Shown in pieces: positions 39,118-48,475 of a DNA stretch of 64,000 nucleotides. Position numbers and translations under genes: made by a program. Under the pieces are notes generated by a model, which saw only the letters and a list, made by a program, of their open reading frames with translations, had not been told where the DNA came from and searched no databases. Numbering within the stretch: position 1 is the stretch's first letter; the number at the start of each line of letters is the position of its first letter. This DNA is from Thermoanaerobaculia bacterium (lineage in GTDB: Bacteria; Acidobacteriota; Thermoanaerobaculia; Multivoradales; Multivoraceae). Location of the stretch: contig OY762911.1 in assembly GCA_963666565.1 (NCBI GenBank), positions 2,464,001-2,528,000 of the forward strand, written 5' to 3'.

Positions 39118-40218
39118 TCATCCAGAGACGCTGACGCGGGTGCCGTCGGTCAGCGTTTCGAGTCCTCGGACGACGACCCGCTCGCCGACTTCGAGCCCCT
39201 GCCGCACCTCGGCGACCTCGTCGTCGCCGAGCCCGAGGACGACCTCGCGCCGAACGACGCGCTGCCCGTCGAGAACGAAGACGACGCGCCGGCCGCCCCG
39301 CTCGGTGATCGCCTCGCGCGGCACCACCGGGACTTCGTTCCGTTGCTCGACGACCAAGCTGACTTCGACGAACATGCCGGGCCGCAGCAGGCGGCCCGGG
39401 TTGCGCACGGCGACCTCGGCACGGAAGGTGTGGGTCACCGGGTCGACCTCGGGCGAGAGCCGGACGACCCCGCCGCCGAAGCTCTGGCCCGGCCAGGCGA
39501 AGTGCCGCAGCCGGGCTTCCTGGCCGGGGCGGACCCGCGCCAGTTCCGGGCCGACGAGGTCGATGTCGGCGATCAGCGAGTCGACGGGGGAGATGCGGGC
39601 GACCTGGAAGCCCTGGGTCACCAACTGGCCGTCGGCGACCGGCATGCCCTGGGCGTCGCGGGCGACCTCCATCAGCACGCCGCCGATCGGGGTGAGCAGG
39701 CGGGCCCGGTCTTCGGTGAGCAGACTCTGTTCCCAGCCCGCCTTCGCTTCCTCGAGCGACGTCTCCGCGCGGCGGAGCTCTTCGGCGCTGATCAGCTCCT
39801 GCTCGAACAGCCGGACGCGGGCGTCCCGCTCGGCCAGCGCCGAGAGGTAGGCCTTGTGGGTGACCTCGACCCGGGCGGCCAGGCGGGCGTCCTCGCCGGT
39901 GACCTCGGCGATGAGCTGGTCCGGAGTGACGCGGTCGCCCTCGGCGAGCCGGCGGCCGGACGGATGGCGCCCGACCTCCAGGCGGCCCGGGGTCTCGACC
40001 TGGAGCACCACGCTCTCGGCGGCCCGGAGCGTGCCGGTGGCCACGATCAGGTCCTCGACGTCCCCGGTCGTGACCTCGGCGGCGCTGACCGGGACCAGGA
40101 AGTCGATTTCGTTCGGGGCGCTAGCGGCCTGGCAGCCGAGGAGGACGGCGCAGGCGGCCGCCGCGGCAGCGCCGCGGCGGCGGACGGCGGGGGGGAATCT
40201 GCGGGCGGTCTCGTTCAC
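39118..40218 (-). CDS. RND periplasmic adaptor (MFP), lipoprotein
   Basis: GTG 40218 overlaps the upstream stop (GTGA); VLLGC lipobox; TPIGG, SPEVDPVTHTF and LRPGMFV motifs. Confidence 0.88.
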   Translation of the reverse strand: MNETARRFPPAVRRRGAAAAAACAVLLGCQAASAPNEIDFLVPVSAAEVTTGDVEDLIVATGTLRAAESVVLQVETPGRLEVGRHPSGRRLAEGDRVTPDQLIAEVTGEDARLAARVEVTHKAYLSALAERDARVRLFEQELISAEELRRAETSLEEAKAGWEQSLLTEDRARLLTPIGGVLMEVARDAQGMPVADGQLVTQGFQVARISPVDSLIADIDLVGPELARVRPGQEARLRHFAWPGQSFGGGVVRLSPEVDPVTHTFRAEVAVRNPGRLLRPGMFVEVSLVVEQRNEVPVVPREAITERGGRRVVFVLDGQRVVRREVVLGLGDDEVAEVRQGLEVGERVVVRGLETLTDGTRVSVSG

Positions 40219-43200
40219 TGGATCGCTACGCCTCCGCCGGTGGGCGCCGCGTCCGCGGCGCCGCCGGTGTCGAGCCGGACGAAGCGGACGGCGTCGGCCG
40301 CCACCGCGGTGCCCTCGGTCCGGTCGCTGAGCACCAGCGAGACGGGGCCGGACGCGAGGTCGAAATCGCCCAGGACCGCCCAGCCGGGGCCGGCGCTGGC
40401 GGCGTCGAAGTCGATGGATCGCGAACTGCCGCCGTTCTCGAGCTCCAGGTCGTAGTCGCCGAGCCGGAGGCCGAGGTTCACCGAGACCTGGACGCCCTCG
40501 TTTCCGCCCCGGCTGGGGGCGCCGCCGCCATCGTCGCCGATCCGCACCTCCCGCCGGATCTCTCCCGTGCCGGGCGGCAGCGGCGACAGGGACGGCACAT
40601 GGATCTCGACCCGCCAGCGGCCGGCTTGCGGCAGGTGGGCGCTGTAGGTTGCGCGGCGATCTCCCTCGCCGGCCGGGCCGACGACGGCCGTTCGCCGGTA
40701 GCGGCCCCAGCTTCGCGGCTGCCTGTAGCGCGACCACTCCCGGGGGGCGCCGAGGAAGGGCTGGTAGACGGGCAGGCCCCGGTCCAGCTCGATCGAGGGC
40801 GCGAAGTAGCCGGTCAGCCCTCCCTGGAGTCTCACGCCGCCGTCCGAGGCGGCCTTCTCGTCGCTGACCGAGAACCCGGAATCCAGGTCGTCGACGACGA
40901 TCACCTCGGTGTCCGCGTCGAGCCAGTCGGGCAACCAGTCGCTGGGCCGCGCGCCGCGCAGCGGCGCGCGCTCGACGATCCGCTCGCTGTCGACCGCGGG
41001 AAGGTCCACCGGGAACTCGCCCCGGTTGAGGGAGAGGTAGGGCGACGCGAGCATCAGTCCCGGCGGCGTCGACGTGACCAGCCCGAACTCCACCGAGGTC
41101 AGGCCCGGAACGAGGACCGGCTCGCTCGAGTCCCACCGCGGGCCGGCGTCGGACCGGACGGCGTAGCGGAGGCGGAACAGCCCCGGCGTCGGCTCGCCGT
41201 TGTGGACGGAGAGTCGGGTCTCGTACCGCGGGGCGCCCTGGTCGTCGTCGGCGAGGCGGACCAGGTCGGCGGCGGAGACGACGAAGCCGGGCAGGTCCGT
41301 GTCGTGCAGGAAGTCGCCCACCAGGCCGGCGAGGTCGATGCCCGCTTCCCCGGCGGCGCGGTCGAGGTCGGCGGCGTCGAAGGTCGTCCCCGCGTGGTCG
41401 CGCACCAGGTTCGCGACCATGGCCGCGGTCCGTTCGCGCCCGGCGCCGTCCAGGATGGCGGTGGCGAGCGCCGACGTCTTCAGATAGATGGCGTTGACCG
41501 CCCGCCTGGGATCTTCCTCCACCCTCAGGTCGGTCAGGGAGCTGCCGAGCACCGCCTCCCAGACTTCCGGGCGGTCCGTGATCGCGTTGACGATGCCGCT
41601 GGAGACGGAACCGCCGCCGGCCGCGAACTGGCCGCTGAACCCGTCCTGCAACGCGTTGCTGAGGGTCCAGCCCATGTTGCGGTCGAAGAGGTGGACGGAG
41701 AAGTAGGACTCGCCGCCGGTCACCAGCCGGTTGACCAGGTTGTGGCACAGCGCTTCCAGCGCCAGGGATTCGGGGCCGCGAGCGCCGGTGCGGTAGAGGA
41801 ACAGGTTGCGCGCGCCGCCCACCAGAATGTTGCCGCCGGTGTAGTCGTTGGCGAAGTAGTTCTCAAGTCCCAGCGCCTTGGCGCGCGGCAGGCCTCCTTC
41901 CCGGTCCTCGAACCGTTCGGGGTTGCGGAAGGTGAACTCGAAGCGGGAAGTCGGCAGTCCGTTCTCGCCGATCAGCAGCATGCCGGGCGGCGCCCTTGCG
42001 GTGTCCATCCTCCATCCGCCGCCGTAGCCGCGCAGGGTCCACGGCACCTCGACCAGGGAGAGTTGCCGGTAGGGGTAGGGGAGGCCGACTTCCCGGGCCG
42101 TGGCGAAGTGCTCGGCCGCGCGCTCCTCGATCGCCTCGCGGGCGTCGGCGAAGAACTCCAGGTTGCGGAGGTGGCGCCGGTCGAACAGCACTTCGATTTC
42201 GACGCCGTCGACCTCGGTCGTCCGGCGATCGTAGACGCCGGCGATCAGGGCGGCCTCCGGCACGGCCGCCGCCGGCCGGAAGCGTACGCGGTCGCCGTTC
42301 GGCTCGCCCTTGCCGGGGCCGGCGACGGTCCAGCCGGACGGGGCGCCGACGTCGAGGTCGAGCTCGAAGAAGTCCCGCGGCCGCTTCCGCGGGTCGTCGA
42401 CGCCGATCAGGGCGCCCGCGCGGGGCAGCCAGGCGAGGCCCGGGACCAAGGACACGAAGCGGCGCTCCAGTACGCCGTTGAGCGAGCCGAGAAGGACCAC
42501 CTGGGCGTCCTGGTAGCTGAGCCGCTCCAGGTCGATCGTCGAGTCCAGGTAGGCGAAGCGGATGTCGGGCCGGCCGCGGGCGCGCAGCCGCAGGTCGACC
42601 GTCTCGCCGGCCGCTGCTCGGCCGAGGTCGACCTCCAGCAGGCCGTCCCGGTGGGTGAAGGGGAGGGATCCGCCGGATCCGTGCTCGACCGCGTCGACCG
42701 CGATGCCGGGGTTCAGGCTGAACAGTGCCTGGGCGCCGCCGGCCGGGGCGAACCGGACCTCGAGGTCCAGGTCGAGGCGCCCCCCGGGCCCGATGTCGAC
42801 CGTGCCCCGGATGCGCTCGACATCGACCGCCGGCTCCTCCTGCCGGGCACGGTGCGCGTCCCGCCAGCCGTCGACCATGTCGAGTTCTCCCCGGCTTCCG
42901 CCGAACATGGCGACCAGGGTGGCGGCGCCGACGGCGCACAGGCCGCCGCCGCCGAGCCCCCAGGCGCGCCGGCGGGCGTCGTCGAGCCGCGGATGGACCG
43001 CGACGGCGATGCCGAGGAGCCCGGCGGCGAGGACCGTCAGGCTGCCCCGGTTCAGGATGTTCTCGGCGTTCCAGAGCTGCGGCGCCAGTTCCGAGATGTT
43101 GCCGGTGAAGCCGCCGTTGATGCCCAGGACGGGCAGCGCGTAGACCGGCAACCGCACGCTCAGCCAGATGCCGCCGATCGCGAGCCCGACGCCGGCCAGC

Positions 43201-43766
43201 GCCGCGACCAGCCGGTTCCGGCTCACCAGGGCGACGGCCTGGACGAAGGCGACGTAGAGCGCGAGGGCCGGTAGCGCGTCCAGGATCAGGAAGGCCCATA
43301 CGGAACTCCACAACGCGGGCTCGCCGACGTACCAGCCGAGGCCAATGGCGAGGTAACCGAAGCCCTGGATCAGCATCAGCGCCAGGACCGCGACGCTCAT
43401 CGCCATGAGCAGGGCGCCGGCGAACCGCCCCAGCACCAGTTCGGCGTTCGAGTAGGGCCGGCTGTCCAGGACCTCGATCACGCGGTCGCGCCGGTCCCGG
43501 GCGCGCAGGTCGAAGGCGAGGAAGATGACGCCGATGGCGAGGACGACCGTCTGCCACGACCCCATCTGAGCGAGCAGGTACCTGGGACTGAAGATCGAGA
43601 CGCTCCCCGACCAGCCGGACGCCAGGCCGTGGAAGGCCCAGTAGAAGCCGTACGACACCACGCAGTACAAGAGCGCGGCGCCGGAGAAGAACCAGAACCG
43701 GAACAGGCGGCGGATGGTGCGCATCTCGGCCCGGGCCAGGGTCCATGCCGCGGCGAGTGAAATCAC
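40215..43766 (-). CDS. Large ABC-2 permease fused to a degenerate M1-aminopeptidase-like ectodomain and a C-terminal golvesin/CBD-like domain
   Basis: N-terminal TMs with RDRRDRVIEVLDSRPYSN; FSLNPG and PYRQLSLVEVP; no HEXXH seen; C-terminal GWAVLGDFDL...LSD...ADAVRFV. Confidence 0.72.
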   Translation of the reverse strand: MISLAAAWTLARAEMRTIRRLFRFWFFSGAALLYCVVSYGFYWAFHGLASGWSGSVSIFSPRYLLAQMGSWQTVVLAIGVIFLAFDLRARDRRDRVIEVLDSRPYSNAELVLGRFAGALLMAMSVAVLALMLIQGFGYLAIGLGWYVGEPALWSSVWAFLILDALPALALYVAFVQAVALVSRNRLVAALAGVGLAIGGIWLSVRLPVYALPVLGINGGFTGNISELAPQLWNAENILNRGSLTVLAAGLLGIAVAVHPRLDDARRRAWGLGGGGLCAVGAATLVAMFGGSRGELDMVDGWRDAHRARQEEPAVDVERIRGTVDIGPGGRLDLDLEVRFAPAGGAQALFSLNPGIAVDAVEHGSGGSLPFTHRDGLLEVDLGRAAAGETVDLRLRARGRPDIRFAYLDSTIDLERLSYQDAQVVLLGSLNGVLERRFVSLVPGLAWLPRAGALIGVDDPRKRPRDFFELDLDVGAPSGWTVAGPGKGEPNGDRVRFRPAAAVPEAALIAGVYDRRTTEVDGVEIEVLFDRRHLRNLEFFADAREAIEERAAEHFATAREVGLPYPYRQLSLVEVPWTLRGYGGGWRMDTARAPPGMLLIGENGLPTSRFEFTFRNPERFEDREGGLPRAKALGLENYFANDYTGGNILVGGARNLFLYRTGARGPESLALEALCHNLVNRLVTGGESYFSVHLFDRNMGWTLSNALQDGFSGQFAAGGGSVSSGIVNAITDRPEVWEAVLGSSLTDLRVEEDPRRAVNAIYLKTSALATAILDGAGRERTAAMVANLVRDHAGTTFDAADLDRAAGEAGIDLAGLVGDFLHDTDLPGFVVSAADLVRLADDDQGAPRYETRLSVHNGEPTPGLFRLRYAVRSDAGPRWDSSEPVLVPGLTSVEFGLVTSTPPGLMLASPYLSLNRGEFPVDLPAVDSERIVERAPLRGARPSDWLPDWLDADTEVIVVDDLDSGFSVSDEKAASDGGVRLQGGLTGYFAPSIELDRGLPVYQPFLGAPREWSRYRQPRSWGRYRRTAVVGPAGEGDRRATYSAHLPQAGRWRVEIHVPSLSPLPPGTGEIRREVRIGDDGGGAPSRGGNEGVQVSVNLGLRLGDYDLELENGGSSRSIDFDAASAGPGWAVLGDFDLASGPVSLVLSDRTEGTAVAADAVRFVRLDTGGAADAAPTGGGVAIQ

Positions 43767-44761
43767 GATGCGTCCTCCTCTCGGGAACCCTGGCGGGCGA
43801 CCGCCTCGTCGTCGTCCCAGCAGACGTCGGCGTCGCCGTCGCTCTCGCCGAAGTGGCCGTCCCGCAGCAGATCCTCGGCGCGGCCGCGGGCGAGCATGAA
43901 GGCCAGGTACCCCTCCTCGAGCGTCGGGTCGGAGGCGGGCCGGGCGTTCTCGGGCAGGCGCCCCGGCGCCGCGACGCTGCGGTAGGTCGTCTCGGTGGGG
44001 CCGACCGTGCGCGAGACGATCTCGAAGTCGCCCTGCGGCGGCGGCGCGGAGGCGGGCAAGGTGAGCTCGAACACCTGGCCCTGGGCCCGTTCGAGCAACT
44101 CCCCGGGCGAGCCGCGGAAGACGATCGCGCCGCCGTCGAGCAGGGCGAGATCGTTGCAGCCGGCGCCGAGGTCGGCGACGATGTGGGTGGACAGGACGAT
44201 CGTCCGCTCCTTGCCCAGCGCCGTCATCAACTGGCGGAACCGGATCCGTTCCTCGGGGTCGAGCCCGACGGTCGGCTCGTCGACGATCAGCAGTTGCGGC
44301 CGGTGGATCAGGGCCTGCGCGATGCCGAGCCGGCGCGTCATGCCTCCGGAGAGCTTCTTCACCTTGCGGTGGGCGACCTCGCCCAGCCCGACGCTCTCAA
44401 GGACCGAGTCGACCCGGGCGCGCCGTTCGGCCCGGCCCTTCAGGCCCGAGAGATCGGCCAGCGTGTCCAGCGCCTCCTCCACCCGGTGCAGCCGCCAGGC
44501 GCCGAACTCCTGCGGCAGGTAGCCCAGGTGGGAGCGAACGGCACGGCGCTCCTTGAGCGCGTCGTGGCCGAAGACCGTTACGGCGCCGGCGCTCGGCTGT
44601 AGCAGCGTGCAGAGAATGCGCATCAGCGTGCTCTTGCCGGCGCCGTTCGGGCCCAGCAGACCGAACAGTCCGGCGCCGATCGACAGGTCGACCCCGTCGA
44701 GGGCGACCGTGCCTCCCTTGTAGACGTGCCGGAGGCCCTGCACGTCGACGGTCGTGCTCAC
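43763..44761 (-). CDS. ABC transporter ATP-binding protein
   Basis: GPNGAGKST, LSGGM, IVDEPT and STH motifs; GAGGAGGAG RBS. Confidence 0.93.
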   Translation of the reverse strand: MSTTVDVQGLRHVYKGGTVALDGVDLSIGAGLFGLLGPNGAGKSTLMRILCTLLQPSAGAVTVFGHDALKERRAVRSHLGYLPQEFGAWRLHRVEEALDTLADLSGLKGRAERRARVDSVLESVGLGEVAHRKVKKLSGGMTRRLGIAQALIHRPQLLIVDEPTVGLDPEERIRFRQLMTALGKERTIVLSTHIVADLGAGCNDLALLDGGAIVFRGSPGELLERAQGQVFELTLPASAPPPQGDFEIVSRTVGPTETTYRSVAAPGRLPENARPASDPTLEEGYLAFMLARGRAEDLLRDGHFGESDGDADVCWDDDEAVARQGSREEDAS

Positions 44762-44964
44762 GATGCTTCTCCTCCTCGGATGTCTATACGGTTCTGGGCG
44801 GGACTTGGTTTATGGCTTCGTCGCACGTCTTGCCCGCCGTTTGCCGGTCCGGCGAAACCCGCGCCGGTGGACCGGCGTAAACTGAGCAGTCGTATAGTAT
44901 GTCGCGCAACGCGGGAGCGCTGCGCCCGTCAACATCGTTGGACACCACCACCCGGAGATCCCGA

Positions 44965-46463
44965 ATGATCCGTCCCCAGACTTCCTCCGCGACCCGGCTG
45001 CTGGCCCTCGGCGCGCTCGCCTCGCTGGCGCTTGCCGGCGCCGCCTCAGCGGCCGCGGTCGACCCCGAGCCGATCACCTTCCACGCCGACGTAGCGCCCG
45101 TGCTGCAGCAGGAATGCCAGGTCTGCCACCGCCCGAACGGCGCCAACCTCGGCGGCATGGTCGCGCCGATGGCGTTCACGACCTACGAGGAGACGCGACC
45201 CTGGGCGCGCTCCATCGCCCGTCAGGTCGCCACGCGCGCGATGCCGCCCTGGGACGCCTCGCCGGCCCACAACGGCCAGTTCGCCAACGAGCGCACGCTG
45301 ACTCAGGAGCAGATCGACCTGCTCGTAGCCTGGGCCGAGTCCGGCGCGCCGGCCGGCGATCCGGCGGATGCTCCCGAGCCGGTCGAGTGGCCGAGCAGCG
45401 AAGGCTGGCTGATCGGCGAGCCGGACGTCGTCTTCACGTTCGACGAGCCCTACTTCGTCGAGGACAACGTGGACGACCTCTACATCTACTTCAAGACGAC
45501 GGTCACCGAAGAGATGCTCCCCGAGGACCGCTACGTCAAGGCGATCGAGTACCGGCCCGGCAGCGCCGCAGTGCATCACATCATCATCCCCGGCCTGGGC
45601 GGCATCGCTCCGGGCAACGATCCCGTCATCCATGCGGACGGCCTGGCCGACGTGATCCGCGCCGGCCAGGATCTGACCTGGCAGATGCACTACCACAAGG
45701 AGCCGGGCGCCGGCACTGGCGTCTGGGATCAATCCCAGGTCGCGCTCAGTTCTACGACAGCGAGGACGAGGTCACTCACAAGGTCTTCAACGCAGACCTC
45801 GGCAAGTACGACTTCGCCGTGCCGCCGGGCGCGACGGACTACACGATCCGGACCGACTGGACCTTCCCGGTCGACTCCGAGATCGTCAGCTACCTGCCGC
45901 ACATGCACCTGCGCGGCAAGGCGGCGAAGTACGAGGCCTTCTACCCGGACGGCACCAGCGAGGTTCTGCTGGACGTTCCGAACTACGACTTCAACTGGCA
46001 GACGACCTACCTCTACGAGGAGCGCAAGAAGGTCCCGGCAGGGACGAAGGTCGTGCTGACGACCGTGTTCGACAACTCGGAAGGCAACCCGGCGAATCCG
46101 GATCCGACGGCGACGGTGCGCTGGGGCGAGCCGACGACCGACGAGATGAGCTTCGGCTTCATGGCCTACATCAACGACGCGAACGAGGGCGAGGTCATCT
46201 TCTCGGATGTCGACGACGACGACGGCTTCCAGATCGACCTGACGGCGGTCGTCGCCATGGTCGACTCGAACCGCGATGGCAAGATGCAGCTCGACGAGGC
46301 CCCCGGCATGGTCAAGCAGTACTTCCAGATGATGGACCAGAACCAGGACGGCGCGGTCGACATGGAAGAGGCGCAGGCCGCCAATGCCTACCTCGAGCAG
46401 ATGACCGAGCAGCGCGAGAAGGCCGAGGCCACCGCTGTCGGCGCCGTTGGCGGCGGCGAGTAA
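44965..46463 (+). pseudogene. Frameshifted cytochrome c / Cu-monooxygenase paralog with C-terminal EF-hands
   Basis: N-half in ORF 44899..46059 (CQVCH, VHH, HYH); C-half in ORF 45114..46463 (HMH, DEM, DSNRDG/DQNQDG EF-hands). One base is missing at ~45748 (CTC AG TTC TAC); could be a sequencing error. Confidence 0.75.
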
Positions 46464-46486
46464 CCCCAGGTCCAGTCCGTTCAAGC

Positions 46487-46521
46487 GAACCGCCGGCGCG
46501 CCGCAAGGCCGCCGGCGGTTC
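46487..46521. terminator. Hairpin downstream of the gene (possible terminator)
   Basis: GAACCGCCGGCG / CGCCGGCGGTTC 12-bp stem; no clear U-tract. Confidence 0.45.
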
Positions 46522-46534
46522 CGCGTTGGAAACG

Positions 46535-46734
46535 CTGGGTGCGCGGGTCTGACATCCGACCGCCCGAGGACGGGCGCTCGGACTGTGACCCGGCTGGCGC
46601 GGGCACGCGCCAGCCGGGTTCCGACCCGCTGCCGCCGAGGGCGGCCAGAAGAACGGGCCGGCTGGGTGCGCGGGTCTTCTGACCCGCTGCCGCCGCAGGC
46701 GGCCAGAGAAACGGGCCGGCCGAAGGCCGGCGCC
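46535..46734 (+). repeat. Tandem REP-1 cluster; the first copy carries the 69-nt insert
   Basis: REP at 46535 with insert 46550-46618; plain REP at 46662-46687 plus trailing hairpins. Confidence 0.87.
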
Positions 46735-46757
46735 TCGCTGCCGGCGGAACGCCCGGC

Positions 46758-48272
46758 TCAGCGCTGTTCCGCCGCCGCCGGCCGAAGCGCGCCCGGCCGC
46801 AACCGCGGCAGGCTCGGGTGGCGCGGCGCGCCGCCCAGGTACGGGTACTCGTCGAAGGCGTCGCCGCCGCCGGTCGCGCGCGGGTCGCCGGTGGCCCGCA
46901 GACGCTCCATCAGCCGCTCGCCCAGTTCGTCCCGGACGGCCTCGTAGTCCGGCTCGCCGACGACGTTCACCTGCTGGTCAGGGTCGCTCCGCAGGTCGTA
47001 GAGCTCGACCGCGGGCCGCTTGCCGAACGCCAGTTCGTAGAGCCGCCGGTGCTCGGCGTCGCGGTCCCGCTGCTCGATCATCCAGGTCTTCGTCGGCCCG
47101 TTGTCCGCGTCGGCGTACCAGGCGCCCGGGTAGGCGGCCCGCTCGTGGTTCGGCGTGCCGTTGGGCCAGCGATCGGGCCGGAAGTTGCGGATGTAGAGGA
47201 AGTCGTGCGTGCGGATCGCCCGGCCGGGATAGCCGCCCACCTCCGGCGCCTCCTGCGCCGGCACGTGCCGTTCCTTGCCGGTCAGCACGAAGTCGCGTCC
47301 GTCGGCCTCGACTGCCGCCTCGACCGCGGTCTCGTCGGCGCCCGCTTCGAGCAGCGCGATCAGGCTGCGCCCGGTCATGGCCGCCGGCCGCGGAAGACCC
47401 GCGGCTTCCAGGAACGTCGGCGCCAGGTCGGTCAGGCTGACGAAGGCGTCGATCTCGACTCCGGCCGCGAGCCGTTCGGGCCAGCGGATCGCCAGCGGCA
47501 CCCGCGACCCGCAGTCGTAGAGGTTGCTTTTGCAGCGCGGGAAGGGCATGCCGTGGTCGCTCGTCATGACGACGATCGTGGTCTCCGCGAGACCCTGTTC
47601 GTCGAGCAGTCGCAACGCGTCGCCGACCAGGGCATCGAACCGCTGCACTTCCCAGAGGTAGTCCGCCACGTCGCCGCGGATGTCCGGGTGATCGGGAAAG
47701 GCGGCGGGAAGCTGGATCGCGTCCAGGTCCATGCCGCTCTCCTCGCCCGACCCGGGCCGGAAAGGCCGGTGCGGGTCGGAGGTACCCAGCCAGAACGCGA
47801 ACGGCTGAGCCTCCCCGAGCCCGGCCAGGAAGGCATCGAAGCTCTCGAACCGCCTCCCGGCGAGTTCCCGGCCCTCCGTTTCGGTGCGGCCCGGTCCCCA
47901 GCCCTTGCCTGTCATGCCCGTCCGGTAGCCGGCCGCCCTGAGCAACTCCTGGTACGTCTCGAATCGGTCGGGGAAGACGCTCCAGAGGTTCGCTGCGCCT
48001 TCGAGCCGCCAGTGCCACTGCCCGGTGAGGATCGCCCCGCGCGACGGCGTGCAGGATGGCGAGGAGACGTAGGCGTGGTGGGCCAGGGCGCCCTCGCGCG
48101 CGATGCGATCGAATGACGGCGTCTTGACGACGGGGTCGCCGTAGGCGGAAGCGTGCGGCCAGCCCCAGTCGTCCGCGATCGCGAACAGGACGTTCGGAGC
48201 GTCGTGCTGGGCCGTTGCCGCGGTGCCGGTGGCGAGCAGAAGAACGGCGAGCAGGCTGAACGGTCGAATCAC
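46758..48272 (-). CDS. Sulfatase (formylglycine-dependent, sulfamidase-like), secreted
   Basis: IADD, CTPSRGAILTG, TGKGW, DPHRP, SDHG and ELYDLRSDP motifs. Confidence 0.92.
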   Translation of the reverse strand: MIRPFSLLAVLLLATGTAATAQHDAPNVLFAIADDWGWPHASAYGDPVVKTPSFDRIAREGALAHHAYVSSPSCTPSRGAILTGQWHWRLEGAANLWSVFPDRFETYQELLRAAGYRTGMTGKGWGPGRTETEGRELAGRRFESFDAFLAGLGEAQPFAFWLGTSDPHRPFRPGSGEESGMDLDAIQLPAAFPDHPDIRGDVADYLWEVQRFDALVGDALRLLDEQGLAETTIVVMTSDHGMPFPRCKSNLYDCGSRVPLAIRWPERLAAGVEIDAFVSLTDLAPTFLEAAGLPRPAAMTGRSLIALLEAGADETAVEAAVEADGRDFVLTGKERHVPAQEAPEVGGYPGRAIRTHDFLYIRNFRPDRWPNGTPNHERAAYPGAWYADADNGPTKTWMIEQRDRDAEHRRLYELAFGKRPAVELYDLRSDPDQQVNVVGEPDYEAVRDELGERLMERLRATGDPRATGGGDAFDEYPYLGGAPRHPSLPRLRPGALRPAAAEQR

Positions 48273-48327
48273 CGCGATCGATCCTAGCGGGCGCTACGGC
48301 GGGCCAGGAGCATGCGCGGCAGAGACT

Positions 48328-48442
48328 GCGTGCGCCGGGGTGCCATCCGTGCGCCCGATGACGGACGCACGGACTGGTTCGCGGGTGGCGCGGTACCGCG
48401 CCACCCGGGTTCCCGCCGGCATCCGGCGCGAAAGCGCCGGCC
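48328..48442 (+). repeat. REP-2 copy carrying a diverged 69-nt insert
   Basis: GCGTGCGCCGGGG + 69 nt (48341-48409) + TTCCCGCCGGCATCCGGCGCGAAAGCGCCGG. Confidence 0.8.
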
Positions 48443-48475
48443 TCTGGACCTCTGCCGAGCTAGAGTCACCTGACG

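Noticed and set aside
45735-45760. Programmed ribosomal frameshift
   Set aside because: No slippery X XXY YYZ site, and the paralog is continuous.
44965-46463. PHM-like enzyme as an amidating tailoring enzyme for peptides A and B
   Set aside because: Alpha-amidation needs a C-terminal Gly, but both peptides end in Cys-Val. A paralog also occurs in an unrelated context, so the adjacency is not evidence of linkage.
46535-46734. Repeat-spacer-repeat pattern resembling a mini CRISPR array (also 9097-9261)
   Set aside because: Only 2-3 copies, mixed orientation, spacers conserved between loci, no cas genes; this fits REP/REPIN.
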